Positions 1 to 12,000 of a stretch of 64,000 bases of DNA are shown one piece after another; the first letter of the stretch is position 1, and every line of letters starts with the position of its first letter. The stretch is taken from positions 206,724 to 270,723 of the forward strand of contig NIVC01000661.1 in the NCBI GenBank assembly GCA_002269645.1, in the 5' to 3' direction. The notes beneath the pieces were generated by a model that made no database searches, had not been told where the DNA came from, and worked only from the letters and a program-made list of their open reading frames with translations. The DNA is from Macrostomum lignano. Taxonomy: Eukaryota. The translations under genes were made by a program, and so were the position numbers.

Positions 1-560
1 AATTGATCCCAATCCATGAAAATCCCAAATTGATCCCAATTCATGAATCCCAAATTGTTCCCAATCATGAAATCCCAAATTTTTCTCAATTCATGAAGTC
101 CCAAGTGATCCAATTCATGAAATCCCAAATTGATCCCAATCCATGAAATCCCAAATTGATCCCAATCCATGAAATCCCTAATTGATCCCAATCCATGAAA
201 TCCCAAATTGATCCCAATCCATGAAATCCCTAATTGATCCCAATCCATGAAATCCCGAATTGATCCCAATCCATGAATCCCAAATTGATCCCAATTCATG
301 AAATCCCGTGATCCCATCCATAAAATCCTAAATTGATCCAATCCATGAAATCCCTAATTGATCCCAATCCATGAAATCCCGAATTGATCCCAATCCATGA
401 AATCCCAAATTGATCCCAATTCATGAAATCCCGTGATCCCATCCATAAAATCCCAAATTGATCCCAATTCATGAAATCCCGTGATCCCATCCATAAAATC
501 CCAAGTAATCCTAATGCATGAAATCCCGAATTGATCCCAATCCTTGAAATTCCAAAGTGA
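1..560. repeat. Intronic minisatellite, ~26-31 bp unit aaattgatcccaatccatgaaatccc
   Basis: Direct tandem copies upstream of the first visible MUS81 exon. Confidence 0.9.
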
Positions 561-657
561 TCTCAATCCGATTCTAAAGCCAGTGTTGTCCTGATCCACA
601 ATTAATGACTTTCACTCTCAACTCAACTCGCGCTTCCCCCAATTTCCCAAATCCCAG

Positions 658-3371
658 TCAGCTCAAATCCCAATCCTCCCGCAAGCGCTGCGATGTCCAA
701 CAGCGCCTCCCTGCTGCTCAGCAAGCCGTTGATTACAAACAAATCGTTGTCATGGCAACGCCACGCCTCGCAACAGCGACGGGAACCTCGGAGTCGGCAG
801 CTGCATCCTCAGCCGAATCGGAGCCAGGTGCCAAGCTGCTGTACAGCATTCAGCCTGGCGGCTTCGATGTCATCTTCTGTATCGATAATCGCGAGCACTT
901 CGGGTGAGGGATTGGAATGCATCTCTCGTGTTTTAGTTAACCTTGGAGTTTCTAAAACCCTTCAGGTGTCTAAAAGCGTTCAGGTTCCAAACATCCAGGT
1001 GTCTAAAACCTTCAGGTGTCTACAACCTTCAATTGTCCAAAACCTTCAGGTGTCTACAACCTTCAATTGTCCAAAACCTTCAGGTGTCCGAAACCTTCAG
1101 GTGTCCGAAACCTTCAGGTGTCCGAAACCTTCAGGTGTCCGAAACCTTCAGGTGTCCGAAACCTTCAGGTGTCCGAAACCTTCAGGTGTCTAAACCCTTA
1201 AGTGTCTAGACCTTCAGGTGCCTAAAACCTTCAGGTGTCTAAAACCTTCAGTTGTCCAAAACCTTCAAGTGTCCGAAACCTTCAGATGTCTACAACATTC
1301 AGGTGTCTAAACCCTTAAGTGTCTAGACCTTCAGGTGTCCGAAACCTTCAGGTGTCCGAAACCTTCAGGTGTCCGAAACCTTCAGGTGTCCAAAACCTTC
1401 AGGTGTCTACAACATTCAGGTGTCTAAACCTTTAGGTGTCTAAAACCTTCAGGTGTTTAAAACCTTCAGGTGTCCGAAACCTTCAGTTGTCCAAAACCTT
1501 CAGTTGTCCAAAACCTTCAGGTGTCCGAACCTTCAGGTGCCTAAAACCTTCAGGTGTCTAAAACCTTCAAGTATCCGAAACCTTCAGGTGTCTACAACCT
1601 TCAGTTGTCCAAACCTTCAGGTGTCCGAACCTTCAGGTGCCTAAAACCTTCAGGTGTCTAAAACCTTTAAGTATCCGAAACCTTCAGGTGTCCGAAACCT
1701 TCAGGTGTCCAAAACCTTCAGGTGTCTACAACATTCAGGTGTCCAAAACCTTCAGGTGTCCGAAACCTTCAGTTGTCCAAAACCTTCAGGTGTCTAATAA
1801 CCATCAGGTGTCTAAAACTTTCAAGTCTTGGGACCTTTTTTGTTACTAATATTACGAGCGTAGCTTCCACTGATAAAGTGGCATTGTTATAGTTGTAACA
1901 AATAAGATTTACGCATAATTTTCAACCACTTCCTCAGCATGGGCAGCGTGAAGCAGATGTTACTGCCCGGCCTACTGCGCAACAATGTCAAATGCGATGT
2001 GCGTCCACTGCAGGTGTCCGACTTCCTCTGGGTGGCAAGTGTCGCTGTGAGTTTCTTTTTAGTCTGTACAATTAGTGCACTTATAATTGCAGTTGTTATT
2101 CAATTAAAATTGTTTTTTTTTCGCTTCTGCCTGCTTGCATCTACTGAAAGTAGAAAATCAACATTTTTTGCTATTTTATCTTTTTTTACTAAAACTAATC
2201 CTGCAGCCACGGGACGCGAAGCGGTGCTCAATCTGCTAGTGGAACGGAAGCGACTTGACGATCTGGCCAGCAGCATCAAGGACGGCCGGTTCAAGGAGCA
2301 GAAGTTCCGACTGCGCAGGTCCGGCATCGCCCAGCTGCTGCTTCTAGTTGAAGGCTTCGGCGGTCGTTCCGGCGGTCACGTGCGCATGCCGGAGGAGACG
2401 CTCGCCCAGGCCGTCTGCAACTCGCAGCTGATTGACGGCTGCGCTGTGAAGTACACGGACTCTGCTCAGCACACTGTGAGCTATCTCACCTTGCTGACCT
2501 GCCACCTGAGAGATCTGTACAGCGGCGGCAGCTGCTAGTCTATGACAGCATGCCGGCAACCGGAGGTGTCTCCAAGGACTCCAGACCGACTGTTTCAGCC
2601 GTGCTGCCGCTGGGCGGTCCGGGCACCGATGCTAATGCGGTGGACTTTGCCGAGTTTAATAGGGCTGCAATTAAGTCTAAGGTGAGCCGATATGTATCGA
2701 AAGTAAATTTAAAGTACCGATATGTAACGAAAGTTAATTATCGCGCCGATATGTATCGAAGGTAAATTAAAAGTACCGATATGTATCGAAAGTAATTATA
2801 GCACCGATATGTATCGAAAGTTAATTATACGCAATGATATATATTGAAAGTTAAGTATAAGTACCGATATGTATAAAAAGTCAATTTTAAGCATTAATAT
2901 TGTATCGGAAGGAATCTATCGTAAATACCGATATGTATTATAATTTTTTTAATAACCACAACACAACTTTTAAATCTCAAGCAATAAATTTTCAAATCTC
3001 CATGAACCTTTTTTAGAAACTTGTCGTTCGAGAAATGCTAGCCAAGCACCTGCTCCAAATTGGCGGCGTTACTATGGAGAAAGCGCTTGCCATTGTGCAG
3101 CAGTACCCCACTGTGCAAGCGTAAGTTTTAACCTTTCATAAAAATAATAATTGCATTCTTCTACGTACACTACTTATCTCAGTAGAAAGTTGGAAACTTT
3201 TCAGGTAGTTCATCTCGTTTATTTATTAATTTCAGACTGCTAGACGCGTACGCGGCATGCGAGACCGATGCGGAACGACGCCGCCTTTTGTCTGGCATCT
3301 GTCACGACAGGATATTTGACAAGCGGATAGGTGACTCAATTAGCAAGAGTGTCATGCTCAGCTTTAAGTAA
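658..3371 (+). CDS. MUS81: Crossover junction endonuclease MUS81, 3' portion; exons ~658-903, 1938-~2038, 2207-2681 (1-nt frameshift at ~2527), 3017-3120, 3236-3371
   Basis: Spliced translation gives [14 protein letters not shown] / [17 protein letters not shown] / [27 protein letters not shown] (ERCC4 nuclease) ... [13 protein letters not shown] / [31 protein letters not shown] (HhH) / [21 protein letters not shown]...RIGDSISK...*. GT-AG sites join in phase; the exon-2 donor and the first acceptor are approximate. Upstream exons lie outside the window. Confidence 0.93.
945..1820. repeat. Intronic minisatellite, ~17-19 bp unit aaaccttcaggtgtccg
   Basis: Direct tandem copies in a MUS81 intron. 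Confidence 0.92.
2685..2940. repeat. Degenerate ~29-bp repeat with core ccgatatgtatcga; further copies at 3470-3660
   Basis: Recurring cgatatgtatcg palindrome-like core. Confidence 0.75.
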
Positions 3372-4364
3372 TTCACTCTGAAGCTAAAAATATGAAACTT
3401 GTTATTTTCGTTGCAATTTTTTTCATTAGTATCATATCATATCACCAGAGTTACGATTGTCGACATGTATCGAAAACATACTTTTTAAAAAGTTGTTTTG
3501 GGTGTGCTTTTGATAAAAAACAGCCGATATGTATCGTACTCTGATTGGTTGGTTTATGTGTATTCAAACTAGAAAAATACGCCGATATGTTGCGTAAACG
3601 ACTTTAAAGCTATATAAAAGCAATGGTCTCTAATATTTCATATTCACCGATATGTATCGTAGTAGACTTTATAAAGCGTCAGATCAGCACTTAGACCTTA
3701 TACTGACTTAAAAAATTTCCATTTTTACGCCCAGCTCCCAAGTTTAGTCTTGCATTTCCCGACCGATTGCAATTATTGCTCCAGCTCTGCTATTTATTAT
3801 TCAAGTTGGAGTTCATCAATTATTTTTTGTATTTTTAATAAAATACACTTCAATTTTCCATAATACTACTTGTTTGCAGTTTATAAAAAACTAACAAAAT
3901 TAAAAAGGATTTCACTTGTGCATTAACAAATTATTTTATAGCCGCCAATAAAAAGATTATTAACTTTCCTCTCCATAAAACTTCTCCATTGTAAAATTGT
4001 TAAGCTGTGTTTTTTGTTTTACTGCATCGCCCAGCCTCCCAGTTTAATGATGAGGCTGTAATAAACAGATTATATTTTTTGAGTAGCTTTTCCATTGCCA
4101 TGCCGAGGCTTGAATTGGGGGGGGTCAGGTGGGTGGGTCATAATAATAATGATATTATAATATAATAAAATATAAATGACAGAGAGAACAGCTGCCCCTC
4201 TGACGTCTGCACTGGGTCTTCACAATGACAACTCGGAAAGCTGTTTATGCAGTCAAGGCTTCCATTGTTCGAACGGCTGTTTTCATTTTGGCTGTCTGCC
4301 TGCATGTCCATTGTGCCGCCATTGCAGCCTTTTTTATTTACAGACTCAATCCTAATCGGTTTCT

Positions 4365-5500
4365 CACTGACTGACTCTCAATCTCAGTCTATTCTCACTG
4401 ACTGACTCTCAATGTCAGTCTATTCTCACTGACTGACTCTCAATCTCAGTCTATTCTCACGATCTATTCTCACTGACTGACTATCAATCTCAGTCTATTC
4501 TCAGTGACTGACTCTCAATCTCACTCTATTCTCACTGACTGACTCTCGATCTCAGTCTATTCTCACTGACTGACTCTCAATCTCAGTCTATTCTCACTGA
4601 CTGACTCTCGATCTCAGTCTATTCTCACTGACTGACTCTCGATCTCAGTCTATTCTCACTGACTGACTCTCATCTCAGTCTATTCTCACTGACTGACTCT
4701 CGATCTCAGTCTATTCTCACTGACTGACTCTCGATCTCAGTCTATTCTCACTGACTGACTCTCGATCTCAGTCTATTCTTACTGACTGACTCTCAATCTC
4801 AGTCTATTCTCACTGACTGACTCTCGATCTCAGTCTATTCTCACTGACTGACTCTCAATCTCAGTCTATTCTCACTGACTGACTCTCAATCTCAGTCTAT
4901 TATCAGTGACTGACTTTCAATCTCAGTCTTATCTCACTGACTGACTCTCGATCTCAGTCTATTCTCACTGACTGACTCTCAATCTCAGTCTATTCTCACT
5001 GACTGACTCTCAATCTCACTATTCTCACTGACTGACTTTCAATCTCAGTCTATTCTCACTGACTGACTCTCGATCTCAGTCTATTCTCACTGACTGACTC
5101 TCGATCTCAGTCTATTATCAGTGACTGACTTTCAATCTCAGTCTATTCTCACTGACTGACTTTCAATCTCAGTCTATTCTCACTGACTGACTTTCAATCT
5201 CAGTCTATTCTCACTGACTGACTCTCGATCTCAGTCTATTCTCACTGACTGACTCTCGATCTCAGTCTATTCTCACTGACTGACTCTCAATCTCACTCTA
5301 TTCTCACGATCTATTCTCACTGACTGACTATCAACCTCAGTCTATTCTCACGATCTATTCTCACTGACTGACTCTCAATCTCAGTCTATTCTCACTGACT
5401 GACTCTCAATCTCAGTCTATTCTCACGATCTATTCTCACTGACTGACTATCAATCTCAGTCTATTCTCAGTGACTGACTCTCAATCTCACTCTATTTCTC
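4365..5500. repeat. Minisatellite, 31-bp unit ctcactgactgactctcaatctcagtctatt
   Basis: Direct tandem copies. Confidence 0.95.
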
Positions 5501-6039
5501 GTCTATTCTCACTCACTGCTCGCCCCTATTCATTTTCTCCTCCAATCTCTCATCTCTGCTTTCTCTAAACCCCTAATCTTCACCTGCAGTCCCTGCAGCT
5601 GCCCTTTAGGTATCTCGCCCGGCCGCTCCGAACCTTTCAGCCAACTCAATTTTCGTAATGGAAAACTGAGCAACTATGAAGGGCTTTCTAAGTCCATTAA
5701 CAGTCAGGTGGGTGAGTGGCAGGCAATTGAGCTAAGCAGTCTTCCACAAGCAGAAACACGGCCTATTGCTGCAGCCAGTGCCTCGCTGGCTGACCGAGCA
5801 AAACACAGATGAGGCTTTGACAAAGTAAATTTGCAGAGAAACTTTAGTAGCTGGCAGACGGCGCGACAGGAAGCAGCTCTAGTGCAGCCACCCCCGTTGG
5901 GTGCTGTTTTCGGGCTGCTCGTTCATGGACTACGAATAGAATCTGGATTAGACGTTAGCCAAAGACTGTCATTGGCCTCTTAGCCACCGGCGAATGGAGG
6001 CTGGAAACAGCTTGATTAGCAGGTGTTAATAAATGCCTC

Positions 6040-9000
6040 ATCAAGGCACAATGCTGCTCAATCTACATGCGGTCCAGAATCCGTACCATCCGAACTGCCG
6101 CTTGCTTCGCCCAGGATGCCTGTTGGTAAGCGCCGAGTGGAGTGGGGCCGCGCCATGCGCCAGCGCTCCTACCAGCTGGCGTCGGAGTCGCACCGCCAGT
6201 CGCGACGGACCGGCGAGCAGCTGCGACGCCGCCTCGTGTCGGAGGCGGTGGCCACGGACGCCGAGCTGGAGCGGCTGAGAAGGCAGCGGGCGGGGATGGA
6301 GGCTCGGCTGGACCGGTACACCAGCGAGCAGGCCCGGCACAGGTGGGTTAAGCTGAACCGGTGGCGGTTAGTACATGTAAATCTAGGCTTACATGTAGCT
6401 CAGCGGTGAAGATCTCCGAGTTCGATTCCGAAGGCTGTCACATCAAAACGTCGAATTTTGGGCTAACTAGCAATCAGCGCCCCCCGTTGGGGAGCCAAAA
6501 AATGCAGTACAAGTTTTTTTAATAAACTACATGTAGCGTCACTTTGCATTTTACCCCAGCAGTCCCTTGTAAGCCTTGACATGTCAGCAGTTCCCCCCAC
6601 AAGCCTTAACATATCAACTCCCCCCTTGACATCTCAGCAATGCCCCCATAAGCCTTGAAATCTAAAAAAATCTGTCGACCCTAATCCTAACCCTCAAGCA
6701 TTGACATTTCAGTAATTCTCACCAATAGTCATTATAGCACTACAGCATTATAGCGATTCCCTGCAAGCCTCGACATCGTAGGGATTCCCAAATGAATCTC
6801 TGAACTTCGACATGACGCTTCTTTTATTTTTTACGTGACGCTTTTTCTACCAGCGACCCCCCCGTGAGTAGCCAACAAATATTAATGTAATAAAAAGTTT
6901 TGAATAAACTACATGTAGCTTCTGACTTTAGCCTTGACATCTCAGCTATTCCCCCCGTAAGCTTTGACATCATAGCTATTCTTCCCAAGAGTCACAGCAC
7001 ACAGTTTCATGTGACGTTTTTTACATGACGCTTCTTTAATGTCTGACATGACACTTCTTTTGTCAAGGCTTTATTCAACTTTTTAATAAACTACATGTTT
7101 CCTACCTGTTTAAACTACAGCTTCTCTTTGCAATAACCTCAGCAATCCCTTGTGAGCCTTGACATCTCAGCGATGCCCCCCATAAACCTTGAAATCTGAA
7201 AAATCCCCTGTCAACCTTGAAACCCGCTAAACCCTAACCCTAAACCCAAACCTGACCTAGACCTAACCCTAACCCTAACCCTAACCCTAACCCTAACCCT
7301 AACCCTAACCCTAAAGCCTTTACATCGCAGCAATTCTTCTCCCCTAAGCCTTGACATTTTAGTGATTCCTCCCCACGAATCACAGCACTATAGCGATTCC
7401 CTCCAAGCCTTGACATCGTAACAAATTCCCAAATGAATCTTTTAACTTCGACATGACTCTTCTTCTATCAGCGCCCCCCCCCGTGGCGAGCCAACAAAGA
7501 ATGTAATAAAAAATTGAGTAAACTACATGTACTTTGAAGTAGCTTCTGACTTTTATTTTGACGTCTCAGAAACCCCCCCCCGTAATCATTTACAACTCAG
7601 TTATTCTCCGTGAGCCTTGACATCTCAGTAATTCTCTCCAGCACATGACACTTACTTCTTTGCTTGAAGTGAGCCTGACTGTTGGGGACCGCACAAGATA
7701 TCAAAGTACATGTAAATTCGGCTTCGAGCCCCGGTCGCACACCTCCAACTCCCAGATCTCAGCGCCTTCTGCACGACATGGAGCAGCAGCCCGTCGAAGT
7801 CGCCGAGATTTCCTCCGACGGCAACAACACCGGCGACGACTTGCCGACGGTCAACGAGTTCAGCGACCTCACCGACTGGGAGGCGGCCCGTCTCGCAGAG
7901 TTCGTTGCCAGGCAGCGAGAGCAGTTGGACGGCAGCAACGGCGGCGGCGGCGGCGCAGAGGAGGTGCAGATCGACGGCCTCAGTCTGGAGAAATTCCTGC
8001 GCAGCTGCGAGGCTCGCCGATCGCGCGACGGCGCCATTCGTCGTCTCTGCGAATTCGTCGACAGCTGGCGGCCGGCGCTGGGCGCCGATGCGACCGCCGC
8101 TTGGAGGTTCCGCCGGCAGCGGAGGACGCCGAAAGTGACTGATGAGGCGGCGGCGGCAGCGGCGGCTGCGCCGGCGAAGGCCAATCGAGTTCGACGCGGC
8201 GAAGTTATCGACGACGGAGCGCCAGAGGTGACGTCAGTGGCCCAGCCGGCGGCGCAGGACGCCGAAATTGGACGAATCGAGCGCAACTTTCGGGCGCTGC
8301 TGCAGGAGGCGCGCAAAGCGCGATATCTGCGCGGCCGCAATGCTGAAATTGTTGAGCGCGACCGCGAGCTCACGACCGAGGAGATTTTTAGAGCGTTCTG
8401 AACTTTTTCTTGGAACTGCAGAACTTGTGGGATTTTCGTAGAGTTTGTGGGAGTTTCTTAGAATCTGTGGGGTTTTCCTAGAAATTATGGTCCCCGACTT
8501 TCTTAAAATTAATGGGATTTTCTGGGAATTTGTAGGATTTGGAATCTGTGGGACTGTCTGTGGGACCTGGGAATTTGTAGGATTTTTTGCAATTTATGGG
8601 ACTTTTTTTTATAATTTATGGGGATTTCTTAAAATTTATTAGACTTTCTTGAATTTACGAGCGTATGAGACTTTCTTAGAATTTTTGGGATTTTCGTAGA
8701 ATTTGTGGGATTTTCTTAGAATTTCTTTGAATTTCTTGGAATTTGTGGGAATGTCTGAGATTTTTCTGGGAATTCGTGGAATTTCTAGGAATTAGTAGGG
8801 ATTTCTATCTCTGGAATTCTCAAAAACACAGACAATTGCTTTCTGCTTTGACTTCTACAAAAACTACAAGTTCTGTCGCGACCTTGCATTGTGCAATTTT
8901 TCTGATTAATTTTGCTTTGATTTTGACTCTACATTTGCCGTGTCGTTTCATACTTAAATAGGATATTTTGTTGTGAAATAAGCGCCAATCGTGTAAAAAT

Positions 9001-12000
9001 ACTGCTATTTGAATTTATTTCATTATGTTACAACATATTACTATTTTTACTACTCAATATTGGGGCAGAGCACTAAATGATACGGTTTGAAGTGTAATAA
9101 ATCTAAATATTCACAGCCAAAAATACGGGATTATATCGATAAAATTCTTACTTTCATGCTCCTAAAGATTATTTTTATTAAAATTAGAAATTTCTCTGCC
9201 TTTAAAACCCTTACAACACTACTCACCAGTGGCATTAGAAGCGCCTGAAGATTTTAATATAATTGTTTAAATTTAATTTGAATGTAAATCTAAATTAATT
9301 CGGCACAGATTTGTAGGTATCATGTTTAGTGTCATTCTACTGACAATTATTGTCATTGTACCTGACATAACTCGGGTCACAGTACTGACATAATTAGTGC
9401 AACAGTACTGACCTCCTGGCATCGAGGTGGAGATCATCAGAGGTCATCAGGCCGCGGATGACCTCGATTGGCTCGGACGGCGCGCTTCGGCTGCGGTAGC
9501 AAAGTTCATCTCAGCAGGGACTCGCAGAGGTCGGTCGGCGCAGCGCGCGACGTCGCACTGAGCGGCGGCGCGAGCGCAACCGGCGAGGGTGACCCGTTGC
9601 GCGGCCAGGCGCCTGTCGCCCCCAGTCCCTGCAACTCCAGCTATGGATCCGCCGGGTGGCGCCGGGGACCACGAGGCCAACCTTCATCTGGCCCCAGCTG
9701 TACCAGGTGGCCGCCTCAGACTCGGAACGATGAACTTCCGAACTCTGAAGGCCCCCTGGCGTCGCACCATCCTTGTCCAGCTGGCCCACGACCTACAGCT
9801 GGACTTCGTCTCGCTTCAGGAGGTTTCTATCGTGGCTGAGCTGGGGCTCCACTCTGAGGACTTTGGAGACGGCTGGAGCCTCCTGTACACGTCGGCAGAC
9901 GACCGTGGTCGGGGCGGTGTCGGCGTGCTGATCGGACCGCGCCTCCAGCAGAGCGTGCACTGCATCTCGCTGTCCCCGCGACTGATGCGGGTTGACCTGC
10001 GACTGCGCGCCCGCTGCATCCGGCTGTGCTGCGCGTATGCACCCACCGCTGCTCACCCCGAGGAGGCTCGTGCCTTCTTCGACTTCCTGGCTGGGCCATG
10101 AACCGCGTGCTCGCCGGCGGCGCTCCTGCACCCACCGAGTGGACCGTCGCGCACATCGTGCCGATCCCGAAGAAGGCAGGTACAACGCGGAAAGAAGACC
10201 ACCGCGGGATCTCGCTGATGTCCTGCACCGCGAAGCTCTTCAACCGGCTGCTGCTAGATCGCCTGCAGTTGCGCGCGGTGCTGGACCCGTACCTGCGGTA
10301 CGAGCAGAACGGATTCCGGCCGCAACGCGGTACACTGACTCAGATCCTCGCACTCCGCCGTGTCATCGAGGAGGCGCGCATCCGCCAGTCTACGCTGATC
10401 ATTGTCTTCGTAGACTTTCGAAAGGCGTTTGACTCGGTGCTGAGAGCCGCGCTTCCCTTCGTACTTCGAGCCTACCGGGTACCCCAGCAGCTAATCGACG
10501 CTGTCATGGCGCTGTATTGCGATACTGGAGCTTCTGTGGTGACGGCGGACGGCCTGTCTGACCTGTTCGACACTTCATCAAGAGTTTTGCAGGGCGACAC
10601 GCTGGCGCCGTTCCTCTTCGTGCTGCTGCTGGACTGGGTGCTTCGGACCGCACTCCCCTCTGCTGACGACGGCTTCCTGCTGCGCAGACGCATCGGTCGC
10701 CGCCACGGCGAAAAGCGCCTAATTATGCATGCAGCGTGCTTGGCTACCCCGACGACCTCGCCCTCCTGTCCTCGTCCATTAAAGGCGCCCAGCGCCAGAT
10801 CGACAGGTTGGTCGAGGGTCGTTGGTCAACACACTGAAGACCGAGGTGCTGACTGTGCCGGCCAACATCCCAGAGGACCTGACATGCCGCAGCGCAGACG
10901 GGCAGATGACCAGGTTCGCACGCTGCCAGCGGTTCACCTACCTCGGCGGTCTGGTGCCCCACGTGGAAGAGGACCTCCGGCGGCGCAGAGGACTTGCCTT
11001 GCCGGCCTTCCGTTCGATCCGGGCCGTCCTCCAGTCCGAAGCGCTGCGTGGTCGAAACCGTCCTGCTCTACAACGCCGAGACGTGGACGCTGACGGCTAC
11101 GCTGGAGCGGCAGCTGAATGGACTCGGCGCACCCACGGCTGCTCGGTGCGGCCTTTCCAGCTGACACGAGCGTCGGGACCGAGGCCCTGTACGATCGGGC
11201 CAAGCTGCAGCGCTCGTCCACCATCCTGCGCCGGCGCCGACTTCAGCTGGCGGGCCACACGTGATCAGGGCCGAGGGCTTCTGCCCCCAACCTGTTCAGG
11301 ACGTCCTGCTACTCACCCTGCAGGGCCCACTCAGGCGGGGTCAGGCCCGAACCCGTCGATACGTGGACTGCCTCCTACGCGACGTCGGGGCGCCCGACAC
11401 TGCCAGCGGGGCGGACTTCGTCCGCTCTCAGACTCTGCGGCGCGCCATCTGACGCGCCCTGCTCTGCGACTTTGCTTGCGGGGCTGCGTAAATTGTTGTT
11501 GTTGCATTACTGACATAATTAATAATTAGTGTCAACTGAACTGACATTAATAGTGTCAAAGTGCTGACATGGCTAAGTGTCAAATCGGCACTGTACTTTG
11601 ACTCTATTTTTTCCACTTGAAGTAGTCTGTTCTGCATATTTTTAATGACAATCAGCTATTAAGAAGCATAGAAAAATGTTAACTCACTGCGGGTCAGAGT
11701 GCTGCTCCATTGTCCGATTGTACACCTGGGCTGCGCACTTATAATCGCCCAGCCTTTGTGCACCTGGCTGAGAGGCAGCTGAGACTCCTGCGGGCCCAGA
11801 ATGAAGGCATTTATGAAACTGTGGTGGGCGACAGACAGGAAAGTGGGCAGCGAGAGGCTCAGGGCTTTGTAAAATGAAGCTCAAGCAGTCCAAGTCTCTG
11901 CACAGGTCAGAGCTTAGCAACCGCACAGTAACGGGGTGTGGGGGCTTGAGAGTGCGGCTTGATGATGAAAAATTTTATATAGAATTTTTTTCAAAGCTTC

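Noticed and set aside
6396-6430. tRNA/SINE-like A box (tagctcagcgg) and B box (gttcgattcc)
   Set aside because: The boxes are only about 13 nt apart, and neither a T-stem nor an acceptor stem pairs; not a tRNA, at most a relic.
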